Below are positions 1 to 9,938 of a stretch of 64,000 nucleotides of DNA, in pieces (positions within the stretch are counted from its first letter, which is position 1; every line of letters begins with the position of its first letter). The notes beneath the pieces are model-generated. The model searched no databases, was not told where the DNA came from, and saw only the letters and a program-made list of their open reading frames with translations. Both the position numbers and the translations under genes were made by a program. The stretch is taken from assembly GCA_963715865.1 (NCBI GenBank), contig OY970280.1:1952001-2016000 (forward strand). The letters run 5' to 3'. Origin of the DNA: Candidatus Bathyarchaeota archaeon (lineage in GTDB: Archaea; Thermoproteota; Bathyarchaeia; Bathyarchaeales; Bathycorpusculaceae).

Positions 1-2
1 CA

Positions 3-185
3 AACTTGATGAAGAAGGCTCAGAGCCTCGCAGTGCACATGGATAAAAACAAGAAGGACCTGCATAACAAGCGCAGCATGCAGATGATTGAAGCAAGAAT
101 CCACAAGCTCTCGCGATACTATAAGCGTGAAGGTCTTTTGCCAAAGAACTGGAAGTACGAAGCTAAAATCGCCTCCGTAACCTAA
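3..185 (+). CDS. rps15: 30S ribosomal protein S15 (S13e family), C-terminal part; 5' end lies outside the window
   Basis: Hand translation NLMKKAQSLAVHMDKNKKDLHNKRSMQMIEARIHKLSRYYKREGLLPKNWKYEAKIASVT*. Typical archaeal S15 C-terminus, in its usual position upstream of DHH and pcc1. Confidence 0.93.
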   Translation, partial: NLMKKAQSLAVHMDKNKKDLHNKRSMQMIEARIHKLSRYYKREGLLPKNWKYEAKIASVT

Positions 186-280
186 ACGCTTCTTTCCTTA
201 ATTTTACGGTTTGCTATTTGTTGGTTGATGCGCCAGCTTTAAATCCAATCAGAGCCTTTTAGCCAAAGAGTGAACTATGC

Positions 281-1747
281 ATGGCTGCACAGCAAACATC
301 CATTGAACGCTTTCTAGCTTCAGCCGCAGAAGCATCAAAAGTAATTTTGGAAACGGTCCAGAAAGACGGTTTTATCCATGTTTTTTCGCATTTGGATGCT
401 GATGGGGTTGCGGCTGCAGGCGTGATTGGAAAAGCGCTCTACAGGCTTGATGCTCGCTTCAGAATAAGGGTTACTCAGTGGGTTGACGAGAAAATCATCG
501 GTGAAATCGTTGCTGATAAGCCGCAGTTGGTTATTTTGACGGATTTTGGAAGCGGCTACCTTGACCTGTTAAACGAGAAAATTCCGAATTTTAAGGTTTT
601 AATTCTTGATCATCACCAGATAACGGGCATCTTGGCTAATGAGAATTTTGTTCAGGTAAACCCTCACTTGTTTGGTATCGACGGTGCGACGGATGTTAGC
701 GGTTCAGGTGTAGCTTATTTTGTGGCTAAAGCAGTGAACGCGTTGAATGTGGATTTGGCGCCTGTGGCTTTGGTTGGCGCTTTAGGTGACATGCAGGACA
801 GGTATGAGCAGAGAAAACTGTGCTGTCTAAACGAGATCATGGTTAACGATGCTGTGGCTGCTGGCTTGCTTAAAGTTGAGAAGGACTTAACGTTTTTCGG
901 CAGAGAAACCCGAGCAATCCATAAGACATTGGCTACGACGACTAACCCGTTTATTCCAGGCTTAAGCGGAGAAGAAGACAAAGCATTAGCCTTCCTTGCA
1001 AGCTTAGACATTCCCATCAAGCAAGGTGAAAAATGGAGGGCACTCCGAGACCTAACCGAAGACGAAAAGAAACGATTATGCTCAGCTCTAGCGGACCACC
1101 TATTGTCTAAGGGGTTGCATTTAGAAGTTGAAAACCTGATCGGGTACATTTACGTTTTAACCAAAGAAGAACCAAACACATCACTGCGGGATGCAAGGGA
1201 ATTCGCGGTAGTATTGAACTCGACGGGACGCATGGACAGACCAAGCCTCGGCATTGCCATCTGCATGGGTGACCGCGGAGCAGCCCTTGAAGAAGCAAAC
1301 AAAATCCTCGAAGATTACCGTAAGAACATTAGCAAGTATCTGGGTTGGGTAATGGAGAAACCCGAACGCATGCGAGAACTCCAAAACATCTATGTTATTT
1401 ACGGTGAGAACTTTATCAACGAAAAAATCATCGGCACCGTCTCATCCATAATTGTCTCTGGGCTTGCCAACGCTGAAAAACCACTCATAGCTTTTGCTAA
1501 CGTTGAAAAAGAGCAGGCAGCCAAATTCTCGGCAAGAACAACGGAAGCAGCAATCCGCAAAGGCGTAAACTTGGGCGAAGTTATGCGGTTAGCTTCCGAA
1601 GCGCACGGGGGCAAAGGCGGAGGACACAACATCGCTGCAGGCGCACAGGTGCCGTTGGACAAGATTGAAGGCTTCGTTAAAACTGTGGACGAATTGGTTG
1701 GCAAACAGTTGAGGGGCGAGAAGATTGGAAGCGACAATAACGCTTGA
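281..1747 (+). CDS. RecJ-like DHH family phosphoesterase (archaeal RecJ/Cdc45-like)
   Basis: Motifs HLDADG, DHH (LDHHQ) and C-terminal DHHA1 GGGHNIAAGA; conserved rps15-DHH-pcc1 gene order. Confidence 0.9.
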   Translation: MAAQQTSIERFLASAAEASKVILETVQKDGFIHVFSHLDADGVAAAGVIGKALYRLDARFRIRVTQWVDEKIIGEIVADKPQLVILTDFGSGYLDLLNEKIPNFKVLILDHHQITGILANENFVQVNPHLFGIDGATDVSGSGVAYFVAKAVNALNVDLAPVALVGALGDMQDRYEQRKLCCLNEIMVNDAVAAGLLKVEKDLTFFGRETRAIHKTLATTTNPFIPGLSGEEDKALAFLASLDIPIKQGEKWRALRDLTEDEKKRLCSALADHLLSKGLHLEVENLIGYIYVLTKEEPNTSLRDAREFAVVLNSTGRMDRPSLGIAICMGDRGAALEEANKILEDYRKNISKYLGWVMEKPERMRELQNIYVIYGENFINEKIIGTVSSIIVSGLANAEKPLIAFANVEKEQAAKFSARTTEAAIRKGVNLGEVMRLASEAHGGKGGGHNIAAGAQVPLDKIEGFVKTVDELVGKQLRGEKIGSDNNA

Positions 1748-1970
1748 ATACGCTGACGAGAAGACTGCAGAGGCAGTTGCCAACGCGGTTTCGCCTGACA
1801 ACTTCAAAACGCCAATTGGACTGCAGGTTAAAACAGTGAGGGAAGAGAGAAAAGTGGTAACTGAGATTCAATGCGAAGGTAAACTCTCGACTTTCACCGC
1901 CACAATTGACGATTTACTTTTCAGCGCGTCAACTGCAGAAAAAACACTTAAAACCATTAAAAGAATTTAG
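1725..1970 (+). CDS. pcc1: KEOPS complex subunit Pcc1
   Basis: 81 aa with AVSPDN and the LSTFTATIDDLL helix; overlaps the DHH stop as in the usual operon. Confidence 0.85.
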   Translation: MEATITLEYADEKTAEAVANAVSPDNFKTPIGLQVKTVREERKVVTEIQCEGKLSTFTATIDDLLFSASTAEKTLKTIKRI

Positions 1971-2142
1971 AAAACCGTTTTAGCAATCAACCGCATTAAC
2001 GTTTATGTTTTAAAATAGAAAAGGTAACAGCGTGTGTTTTGTCTGCTTTTGGGCTTAGCCTCTAAATATTGCATTGTTTACGGTAAAAGTAAATAAATAA
2101 GCGAACATAACATTATTGAAACTTTGACTTGGGTGAATTCGG

Positions 2143-3957
2143 TTGAAGCGAGTCCATGCAGCCTTAATGATTACAGTTTTCTTGTTACTAGTTTTCTTGC
2201 CGGTTGTTTTGCCTTCGGGAACGGTTTTTGCTCAAACCACTGGTTACACTATTCAAAAAGTGGATCATTCGGTTGAAGTAATGTATTCTGGGCAAATTGT
2301 CATTCGGGATACAATTCATGTTTATGGACAAGTTACTGATGGCTTCACGATTGGTTTACCCTCTAAATACAGTGCATACATCCTCAAAGCTATGGCGTTC
2401 GACGCAGACAACGTTTACCAAGTAAATTTAGGTGTCCAATTAGGTGACCGAAGCGGATTTTACGGTGCAGAAGTAAACTTCAACGGACAATCACCCACCG
2501 TTTTCACAGTCGCATTTGTTCTATCCAACAGCCTTATTACTTTTGCACAAGTTACCGGCGTTTACACGCTTGATTTTCCAGCTTACCCAAGCCTCACACA
2601 AGATGTTGCTAGCTGCAACGTAACCATAACTCTTCCAAGCACTCCCACAAGCATAACTATCACAAAAAGCGACGGAGAAGTAGACACAGACAACTATGTT
2701 ACACAAAACTTGGCAGCATACACTTATTCCACAGGTTCAGCAGCCTTCCAAATACCAACAGGAACTCTACAGTTAACCAGTATAAGTCAGCTAAACCGCC
2801 AAATAACCATTGATCCAACTGGCAAAGTGACTACTTCAGATAGTTACCACATAACCAACAACTCGACATCAACAATGACATGTTTTGTTTTGAATTTACC
2901 AACTACTGCCTCAAACATAGTTGTAAAAGACGAATTTGGCAGAGTATTAACAACCGTTACTAGCTCTCTTGCAAGCCGCGACATTTTGCTGACCAATGCC
3001 ACTTTGATAACATTCTTAACAAGTGGCCAATCTGCGATTATCTCAGCTGACTACAATTTACCAAGCGCAACCATTCAAGGTTCCCAATACGTCCTAGACG
3101 ACTTCAAGCTTTTCCCAAATTTTTATTATTACGTTAACGATGCCACTTTCACTTTTATTCCACCTGAAGGAGCAACGATTGTAACGCCACAGTTATCGTC
3201 TCTTGATTCCTCCGCAACTCTGACAAGAGAATCCTTCCAAGACACCCTTACAGTAACGAGAGATGGCATAAGCTACTTGGATTACGGCAGCCCTGAAAGC
3301 AATACCGTGCAATTTTCATATGATTATAATCCAGTTTGGGTTTCTTTTAGGCCTACTTTTTGGGTCTCATTCTTAGCAGTAGTTGGATGTGTAGCTGCCG
3401 TTTTCATTAGAAGACGCAAGCCAAGCGAAAAAGAACCAACCATAACTAGAACAGAACGGTTGTCAACTCCACAACCGACGCCGACAACGTCTTCCCAACA
3501 GGCAAAGAGTGTTGAGCCTATAACTGGTCAACGTATTACTACAGAAAACGTTAGGGAATTCACTGATGCCTATGAAGAGAAAAAGCAGTTAAATACAGAA
3601 TTGAAATCGCTGGATAACAGAGCGCAAAAAGGAAAGATTCCAAGACGGCAATATAAGGTTCAACGCAGAGCAATAGAAATTCGCTTAGAAACACTGACAA
3701 GAAATACAAACAGACTAAAAGATACATTCCGAAGTTCAACCAGTCTTTACTCAGATTTAGCTAAGCAGCTTGATGCTGCCGAAACTGACCTGGTTGAAGC
3801 TGAAGAAAACATCAAAAAACTTGAATCACGCCAAAGCACAGGCGAAATTTCCCTAGAAACGTACAAGAAAAATATTGGAGACTACCAGAAACGCAAAGAT
3901 AAAGCTGAATCAACCATTAACGGAATCCTGCTGAGACTACGTGAAAAAACACGCTAA
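2143..3957 (+). CDS. Ribophorin I (RPN1/OST1)-like type I membrane protein
   Basis: Signal peptide, two beta-rich luminal domains (QLNRQITIDPTGKVTTSDSYHITN; IVVKDEFGRVLT; FIPPEGA; ISYLD), one TM helix (FWVSFLAVVGCVAAVFI) and a cytoplasmic helical/coiled-coil tail. Confidence 0.65.
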   Translation: MKRVHAALMITVFLLLVFLPVVLPSGTVFAQTTGYTIQKVDHSVEVMYSGQIVIRDTIHVYGQVTDGFTIGLPSKYSAYILKAMAFDADNVYQVNLGVQLGDRSGFYGAEVNFNGQSPTVFTVAFVLSNSLITFAQVTGVYTLDFPAYPSLTQDVASCNVTITLPSTPTSITITKSDGEVDTDNYVTQNLAAYTYSTGSAAFQIPTGTLQLTSISQLNRQITIDPTGKVTTSDSYHITNNSTSTMTCFVLNLPTTASNIVVKDEFGRVLTTVTSSLASRDILLTNATLITFLTSGQSAIISADYNLPSATIQGSQYVLDDFKLFPNFYYYVNDATFTFIPPEGATIVTPQLSSLDSSATLTRESFQDTLTVTRDGISYLDYGSPESNTVQFSYDYNPVWVSFRPTFWVSFLAVVGCVAAVFIRRRKPSEKEPTITRTERLSTPQPTPTTSSQQAKSVEPITGQRITTENVREFTDAYEEKKQLNTELKSLDNRAQKGKIPRRQYKVQRRAIEIRLETLTRNTNRLKDTFRSSTSLYSDLAKQLDAAETDLVEAEENIKKLESRQSTGEISLETYKKNIGDYQKRKDKAESTINGILLRLREKTR

Positions 3958-4020
3958 AACACCTAAACCCTTTTATTTCACGCAATAGCTTTTCAATAAA
4001 AATTGCAGAGGTAAACAAAA

Positions 4021-4200
4021 ATGGTAAAAATAGTTGTTGATCCTAAATGCACCGGATGCGAAACATGCGTAAACACTTGCCCTGTAGGCGTATATGAAAT
4101 CAAAGACGGCAAATCTACACCAACCAAAATAAGCGAGTGCTTAGTCTGCAGAGCATGTGAAGCTCAATGCCCTGAAGGTGCAATTCAAGTAATCGAGTAA
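4021..4200 (+). CDS. 2x[4Fe-4S] ferredoxin, 59 aa (absent from ORF track)
   Basis: Hand translation MVKIVVDPKCTGCETCVNTCPVGVYEIKDGKSTPTKISECLVCRACEAQCPEGAIQVIE*; two CxxCxxCxxxCP motifs. Confidence 0.93.
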   Translation: MVKIVVDPKCTGCETCVNTCPVGVYEIKDGKSTPTKISECLVCRACEAQCPEGAIQVIE

Positions 4201-4324
4201 ATTTGAAGCTTATATTGAATTACACGTGTATCTCTCGATTGATAGCTGAGAGATTATTCCCTTCTTTATTAGCTAACTTTTAAATGTAAACTATCCGCTT
4301 CTCCTGTTAGTTGAAAAAAGTTTG

Positions 4325-4624
4325 TTAATCTTCTATATTTCTTAAAAATCGCATAATTTTTGCAATTTGCTCCGCTGTAGCACGGTCGACTTTTTGTTCT
4401 TCTTCTATGTTCTTGAGCGGAATAGCGCTTACCATACGCAACCTATTGGCTGCTTTCGTTATAACAATTATGTTGGCAGTTACTTCGAACTTCGAAGTAG
4501 CGGGAAAAGTGTGGCTAAGCATTTTAACGGTTTTATGTATTTTTTTGGCATGTTGTTAAAGTGAAATTGTACCGTTTATATCATCGCTTCTTAAAGCATT
4601 TGAAATGTTTTTGCCACTGTACAA
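4325..4624 (-). pseudogene. Small hypothetical gene interrupted by TAA at codon 23
   Basis: From TTG 4624: MYSGKNISNALRSDDINGTISL*QHAKKIHKTVK, continuing in frame into the tracked 65-aa ORF (4325..4522). Stop at 4556-4558. Confidence 0.35.
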
Positions 4625-4702
4625 GTGAAGATGTTTTTCGAAGGAAAATTGTTGATTTCGCAGGTAAAAGTTATATGTTAAAGGTTATGCTTAGTTCTGT
4701 TT

Positions 4703-4978
4703 ATGCCAGATAAAATTCACTGTGCACACATACTGGTCAAAACAGAGACAGAAGCAAAAAACATCAAAGCTCGGCTCGACAAAGGGGAAAAATTCGCAGC
4801 CATAGCCAAAAACGTTTCCCTCTGCCCATCCGCAAAGAACGGCGGAGACTTGGGAACTTTTACAAGGGGCAAAATGGTTAAGGAGTTTGAGAAAGCTGCC
4901 TTTGCGCTTGAGAAGGGTCAGACTTCTGGTCCTGTTAAGACGCAGTTTGGGTACCATATAATTAAACGGTTAGAGTAA
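4703..4978 (+). CDS. ppiC: Parvulin-type peptidyl-prolyl cis-trans isomerase
   Basis: [20 protein letters not shown] and [10 protein letters not shown] rotamase motifs. Confidence 0.93.
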   Translation: MPDKIHCAHILVKTETEAKNIKARLDKGEKFAAIAKNVSLCPSAKNGGDLGTFTRGKMVKEFEKAAFALEKGQTSGPVKTQFGYHIIKRLE

Positions 4979-5075
4979 TCCATTGCATAATAAGTAGGTT
5001 AATGCTTTATAGCGCCCTGTTATACAGCAGAGTTTAATCTATAACATTGGCACTAAAATTAGAGTCGAATTAGAA

Positions 5076-5804
5076 GTGAACGGTCCAAAATTATCCCGAA
5101 ACGAACAGTTGCTAATGCTTGTTTGCATAGTGTTTCTTACTGGTTTTTTGCTTGTTGCATTTTTTAGAGCAAGCTTTCACTCATTTGACGTTGGAGTTAA
5201 CGTTTGGATTCCATCAATCCAGGCAAGCTCATTCACTGTTATAGCCAAAGGAATTGCTGTTGTTTTTGACACTGTGACCCTCCTGCTATTTTCCTTGGTG
5301 CTTGCGGCTTATCTTTTCATCAAGAAGTATAGAGCTGAGAGCTTGTTGCTACTTGGGGCAATGGGCGGAGACGCATTAATCGTTTCGGTTGTTAAAGGTT
5401 TAGTTCAGTCTCCCAGGCCTTTGAATGGATTAGTTGTTTATTCTGGGTTTTCTTTTCCAAGCGGTCATGCTGCTGGGAGTATAGTTTTTTGTGGTTCCCT
5501 TGCTTTTTTTGCTTGGCAGCACTGGAAAAGCGCAAGGGCACGAGCATCGGTTGGAACGGGAGTCTTTGCAGTAATGTCTGTGGTGGGTTTTAGTCGAGTA
5601 TATTTGAACGTTCACTGGTTTAGTGATGTTCTTGGCGCGGGTATGCTTGGGGTTTTCTGGCTGTCTTTTGCCGTTTTAGTGTTCAAGCTCTTGCAGGACA
5701 TGGATAAGTTTCAATCGGAAAGGTTTCGCTCAGTTGCTATTTTTCTCTTTGTTGTGGCTATTGTTGTTGCGGTTTTTGTTGTGGTGAGGAGTTTGCTTGG
5801 TTAA
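5076..5804 (+). CDS. PAP2-family membrane phosphatase
   Basis: KxxxxxxRP, FPSGHA and SRVYLNVHWFSDV motifs; multiple TM helices. Confidence 0.9.
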   Translation: MNGPKLSRNEQLLMLVCIVFLTGFLLVAFFRASFHSFDVGVNVWIPSIQASSFTVIAKGIAVVFDTVTLLLFSLVLAAYLFIKKYRAESLLLLGAMGGDALIVSVVKGLVQSPRPLNGLVVYSGFSFPSGHAAGSIVFCGSLAFFAWQHWKSARARASVGTGVFAVMSVVGFSRVYLNVHWFSDVLGAGMLGVFWLSFAVLVFKLLQDMDKFQSERFRSVAIFLFVVAIVVAVFVVVRSLLG

Positions 5805-5905
5805 TTATTTTCCTGATTGTGGATTGATTAAAAGATATATCTTTTTCAGACACGTTTATATTGATAAACACCAAATTCATATTCTAATATAATGAGAGAA
5901 AATTT

Positions 5906-8011
5906 ATGACGAAAGTACGAGACCCCGTATGCGGCATGGACGTTGACACAGAAACAGCCATAAGCCGCAAAATAGGCGACCGAACCTACTATTTCTGCAG
6001 CCAACAATGCGCCGACGTCTACACAGCGCCCGAACGTGAACTGAAAGCTATGCAGCGCAGAGTAGCAGTCACATTAATCGGCGTAGTAGCAGCCCTTGGC
6101 TTGCGAGTACTCACACTTTTCGGTTTAGTAGCAGCAATAATGTATTTTGACATAGTCGGCGGACTGAGAGTCTACGACCTAGCAATCTTCATAGTGTCAA
6201 CACCTGTTGTCTGGATAGCAGGCTTCAGAATATACAAAGGCGCATACCTGTCGCTTAGAAACCGCAACGTAAACATGGATGTGCTCGTTACAGCAGGAGT
6301 CCTTGCAGGCTGGACGTACGGTGTAATAAACGTGTTCTTCCTACCTGTCGCCCAAGCAGGCTCAGGTTACCTGGAAGTAGCCATCGGCATCTTGGCCTTC
6401 GTTTTACTAGGCAAATACATTGAGGAATTAATCCGACGCCGTTCCGCCGCATCAATACGCAAACTCTTGGAGCTTCAACCAACCATGGCTAGAGTAGTCA
6501 GAGACGGAAAAGAAGTTGACCTGCCCATAGACGAAGTCCAAATTGGCGACATAATCATTGTTAAGCCAGGCGAAAAAATCCCCATCGACGGCACTGTAAC
6601 TGCAGGCTACTCGTCAGTAGACGAAAAACTCCTCACAGGCGAGAGCATCCCTGTGGAGAAAACTGTCGGAAGCGATGTTATCGGCGCCACAATCAACAAA
6701 ACTGGGCTCCTAACCATCAAAGCCACAAGAATCGGCGACGAAACCGCTCTATCACAAATAGTCCACCTTGTCGAAGAAGCACAGGCTTCAAGCGCTCCAG
6801 TGCAAAGGTTCGCCGACCGCGTAATCAGATGGTTTGTCCCCATGATTTTCACCGTCGCAGCAGTCTCATTCGGCTACTGGTACATAACAAGCGGCTTCAC
6901 AACAGCATTCCTAACCCTGCTGGCTGTGCTGTTAATCGCTTGCCCATGCGCTTTAGGAATAGCAACTCCGACAGCCATTCTTGCAGGTGTCGGAAAAGGC
7001 GCAGAATACGGCGTACTCCTCCGCAGTGGAGAATACGTTGAAAAAGCGAGAAAACTCACAACCGTCATATTCGATAAAACTGGCACCTTGACAAAGGGAG
7101 AGCCAAGCGTTACCGACATTAAAACCTACAACGCATATAATGAACAAAACGTACTGCGATATGCAGGAGCAGCTGAGAAAGGTTCAGAACATCCCTTGGC
7201 AGAAGCAATACTCGCCAAAGCCGAAGCCGATAAAATAAACATTCCTCAAGTCGACAGTTTTGAAGCTTTACCCGGCAGAGGCGTTCAATGCAAGGTTGAA
7301 GGCAAGGCAGTGCTGCTTGGAAATCGCAAGTTAATGCAGGAACAAAACGTTTCCATCAGCGAGTTAGAAAACGACCTTACAACGCTGGAAGCGCAGGGAA
7401 AAACTGTTATGATACTAGCTGTCGATGGCAGTGCTTCTGGGTTGATTGCGGCTATGGATACTCCAAAAGATAGCGCTGCCCAAGCCATAGAGCAGTTGAA
7501 AGGCATGAATTTGGAAGTTGCAATGCTAACGGGAGATAATGAGCGAACAGCCAATGCTATAGCTCAACAATTAGGTATAAGCCAGGTTATTGCGAACGTT
7601 CTGCCATGGCAAAAGGTAGATGCCATCAAAAAGTTGCAGAGTGAAGGAAAAGTTGTAGCTATGGTTGGTGACGGCATAAACGACGCCCCAGCATTGGCAC
7701 AGGCAGACATCGGTATTGCTATTGGAAGCGGAACCGACATTGCCAAAGAAACAGGCGGCATAGTGCTGATAAGAGACGACTTGCGAGACGTAGCCTTAGG
7801 AGTTGAACTAAGCAAAAAAACCATGCGGAAAATCGACACAAACCTGTTCTGGGCTTTCGCTTACAATGCAGTTATGATTCCAGTTGCAGCCTCGGGCTTG
7901 TTGAACCCCATGTATGCGGCTGGGGCAATGGCGATAAGTAGTTTAACGGTAGTCAGTAACTCGGCACTGCTGAAGTTGGCTAAGTTTAAATCAAGCAAAG
8001 TAAATCAATAA
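5906..8011 (+). CDS. copA: Cu(I)-translocating P1B-type ATPase with N-terminal YHS/TRASH domain
   Basis: DPVCGM...YFCSQQC; [26 protein letters not shown]; TM7 YN and TM8 MAISS. Confidence 0.93.
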   Translation: MTKVRDPVCGMDVDTETAISRKIGDRTYYFCSQQCADVYTAPERELKAMQRRVAVTLIGVVAALGLRVLTLFGLVAAIMYFDIVGGLRVYDLAIFIVSTPVVWIAGFRIYKGAYLSLRNRNVNMDVLVTAGVLAGWTYGVINVFFLPVAQAGSGYLEVAIGILAFVLLGKYIEELIRRRSAASIRKLLELQPTMARVVRDGKEVDLPIDEVQIGDIIIVKPGEKIPIDGTVTAGYSSVDEKLLTGESIPVEKTVGSDVIGATINKTGLLTIKATRIGDETALSQIVHLVEEAQASSAPVQRFADRVIRWFVPMIFTVAAVSFGYWYITSGFTTAFLTLLAVLLIACPCALGIATPTAILAGVGKGAEYGVLLRSGEYVEKARKLTTVIFDKTGTLTKGEPSVTDIKTYNAYNEQNVLRYAGAAEKGSEHPLAEAILAKAEADKINIPQVDSFEALPGRGVQCKVEGKAVLLGNRKLMQEQNVSISELENDLTTLEAQGKTVMILAVDGSASGLIAAMDTPKDSAAQAIEQLKGMNLEVAMLTGDNERTANAIAQQLGISQVIANVLPWQKVDAIKKLQSEGKVVAMVGDGINDAPALAQADIGIAIGSGTDIAKETGGIVLIRDDLRDVALGVELSKKTMRKIDTNLFWAFAYNAVMIPVAASGLLNPMYAAGAMAISSLTVVSNSALLKLAKFKSSKVNQ

Positions 8012-8032
8012 AATGTCTAACGTGAGGTGAAA

Positions 8033-8227
8033 ATGATTATGGCTAAAGATCCAGTTTGCGGCATGATGGTTGACGAGAAAAAAGCAAAATTCAAATCAGA
8101 CTACAGCGGCAAAACTTTCTATTTCTGCGCTGCCTCCTGCAAGGCAACATTTGACAAGAGCCCTGCTAAATTCGCTGGCGCCTCTAGTGGAAAACAAGAT
8201 ACTTGCAGTTGTGGTGGTCACTGCTAA
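8033..8227 (+). CDS. Stand-alone YHS/TRASH domain protein (putative Cu chaperone)
   Basis: DPVCGMMV...YFCAASC plus C-terminal CSCGGHC; GGTGA SD before ATG 8033; follows copA. Confidence 0.85.
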   Translation: MIMAKDPVCGMMVDEKKAKFKSDYSGKTFYFCAASCKATFDKSPAKFAGASSGKQDTCSCGGHC

Positions 8228-8241
8228 AGCCACAATTTAAC

Positions 8242-9069
8242 TTACCGTGATTTTTCTTTTTTATTTTGAGAACGTTCTTTTTCTATGGCTTTATCAACTT
8301 CTTCCCTTATCGTAAAACCGCCAATATGCAAAATAGGCTCTTTCGTTTCTGGGTCGGTGTTCATGGTTGCAGTGCACGGGTAACTATGATGCGCTTTGGC
8401 AATGGCATCGTACAGTTCTTCCTTTTTTGTGGATACGCCTGCAAGTTTATGCGCTATGTACCATGTAGAACCGCACGGTGCACTTCGCCTAACCACCGCG
8501 CACTCGATGACCTCTTTTTTATCAACCATCGCGAGGGTAATTTCAAGCATTGGACGCCCAACCTTGGTTTCCTCAATAAAGCGGGCAATCGTAGGCTTAT
8601 CTTTCTCAGGCTCAAGCGTGCAGAAAGGCTTAGGAAAAGCGCATTCAAGCCCAAGTTCGTTACATTTTGCTTCACCTTGTTTCCGCACTCCCAAGGGCAC
8701 TTCAACCCAATCCTCGATTGGAGCAATTAACGCTTTGATTCCTGCCTTCTTAAGTTGGTTAGGCAACTCCAGCAGCAAGTCTTTATGTAATCCAGATGCT
8801 AAGCAAATGTCAGCCTTAGGCAGCTTTTTTGGCATGTACTCTTCAGGATTATCAATAAAATCTGGCAGATCCGCTGAATTGGGCAGTTGGATAGCTGCGC
8901 GAACGTTCTGTACAAAACTGTAAACGTTGTATTTGCATGATTCACAGTAGAGTCCGCATGATTGGCAGAAACATGGGTCATTGATTAGGTTGCGGATTAC
9001 GCGCTCCATGAAGTCTTTGCTGTAAACAAACACTAAAGCTAAGGTTTCCTTGTTGCCTTTTTTACTCAC
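8242..9069 (-). CDS. DUF166 family protein
   Basis: LPDFIDNPEEY, PKPFC, RSAPCGSTW and HHSYPCTA motifs; extra Cys cluster near the N-terminus. Confidence 0.75.
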   Translation of the reverse strand: MSKKGNKETLALVFVYSKDFMERVIRNLINDPCFCQSCGLYCESCKYNVYSFVQNVRAAIQLPNSADLPDFIDNPEEYMPKKLPKADICLASGLHKDLLLELPNQLKKAGIKALIAPIEDWVEVPLGVRKQGEAKCNELGLECAFPKPFCTLEPEKDKPTIARFIEETKVGRPMLEITLAMVDKKEVIECAVVRRSAPCGSTWYIAHKLAGVSTKKEELYDAIAKAHHSYPCTATMNTDPETKEPILHIGGFTIREEVDKAIEKERSQNKKEKSR

Positions 9070-9087
9070 GCCTTAACTGCTCCTTTT

Positions 9088-9732
9088 CTAGAACGCGCCC
9101 AACAGCACGTGCTCAGCGAACAAGTCTTCATTGAACGCTCCGACAAACTCTATTTTCTCATTAATAATAACTTTCGGTACCCCAATCACATTGTATTTCA
9201 TGGCTAAGTCTGGAAACTCGCTGCTGTCTATAACGTCTGCTTTTACCATGTCGCTTTCAATGGCTAATTTATGCGCTACGGCAGCCGCAGCGGGGCAATG
9301 GGGGCATGTTAAGGTGACGAAGACTTGAATATGAACTGGTGATTTGACTTCTGCTAGAATTGACTTAGTTTTGTCTGAAAGGTCAGTTTTGCCGCTGGAA
9401 ACATTAACTATGGCTTCAATTAACGTTTGAAGTTCGTACCCGTATGGTATTCCGTAAATTCTTACGCCGTAATCTTTTTTGCCTATTATTGCTATGGCTG
9501 GAATCTTGTTGATTCCGTATTCCTTGGCTTTATCAGCGTTTGCTACGAAATCATAAATCTCAACCGTTAACTTGTCATTGAGGGGGGCTAAGTCTTGTAC
9601 TAGTTTTCTGGTGTCAGAGCAGAATCGGCACTCTAACTCTTGAGTAAACATGACAATTTTTACTGGGTCAACCAGTTTCTCCTTAAAATCGTTTTTAAGT
9701 AATTCTTTCTTGTCATCTGGAATCAAACTCAA
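9088..9732 (-). CDS. Protein disulfide oxidoreductase (two thioredoxin folds)
   Basis: CRFC and CPHC active sites; GVPK cis-Pro motif. Confidence 0.9.
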   Translation of the reverse strand: MSLIPDDKKELLKNDFKEKLVDPVKIVMFTQELECRFCSDTRKLVQDLAPLNDKLTVEIYDFVANADKAKEYGINKIPAIAIIGKKDYGVRIYGIPYGYELQTLIEAIVNVSSGKTDLSDKTKSILAEVKSPVHIQVFVTLTCPHCPAAAAVAHKLAIESDMVKADVIDSSEFPDLAMKYNVIGVPKVIINEKIEFVGAFNEDLFAEHVLLGAF

Positions 9733-9938
9733 TTTTTTGCCTCCACAAAGGATGGTTTGCCAGTTTAATTTGGCATCTACTGGTAAACTTTGTTGTCTCC
9801 CAAATATAACTGTAGAGTTTTAAGCGGCTGAATTTTTTAGGCAACGAAACTATTATAAGAGTATGCATGATGAAATTTTCTATTGGTCCCCGGATAAAGC
9901 CGGCGGCTTGATTTTAAAAATGTCTAGGAGAAATAAAA

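Noticed and set aside
1970-2143. rps3ae is absent after pcc1
   Set aside because: A simple gene-order difference with no remnant visible.
4206-4256. AAGCTTATATTGAA (also at ~28972) followed by a TCTCTC...GAGAGA hairpin; possible sRNA
   Set aside because: A TATA-like match and a short hairpin are insufficient; it could be a terminator or chance.
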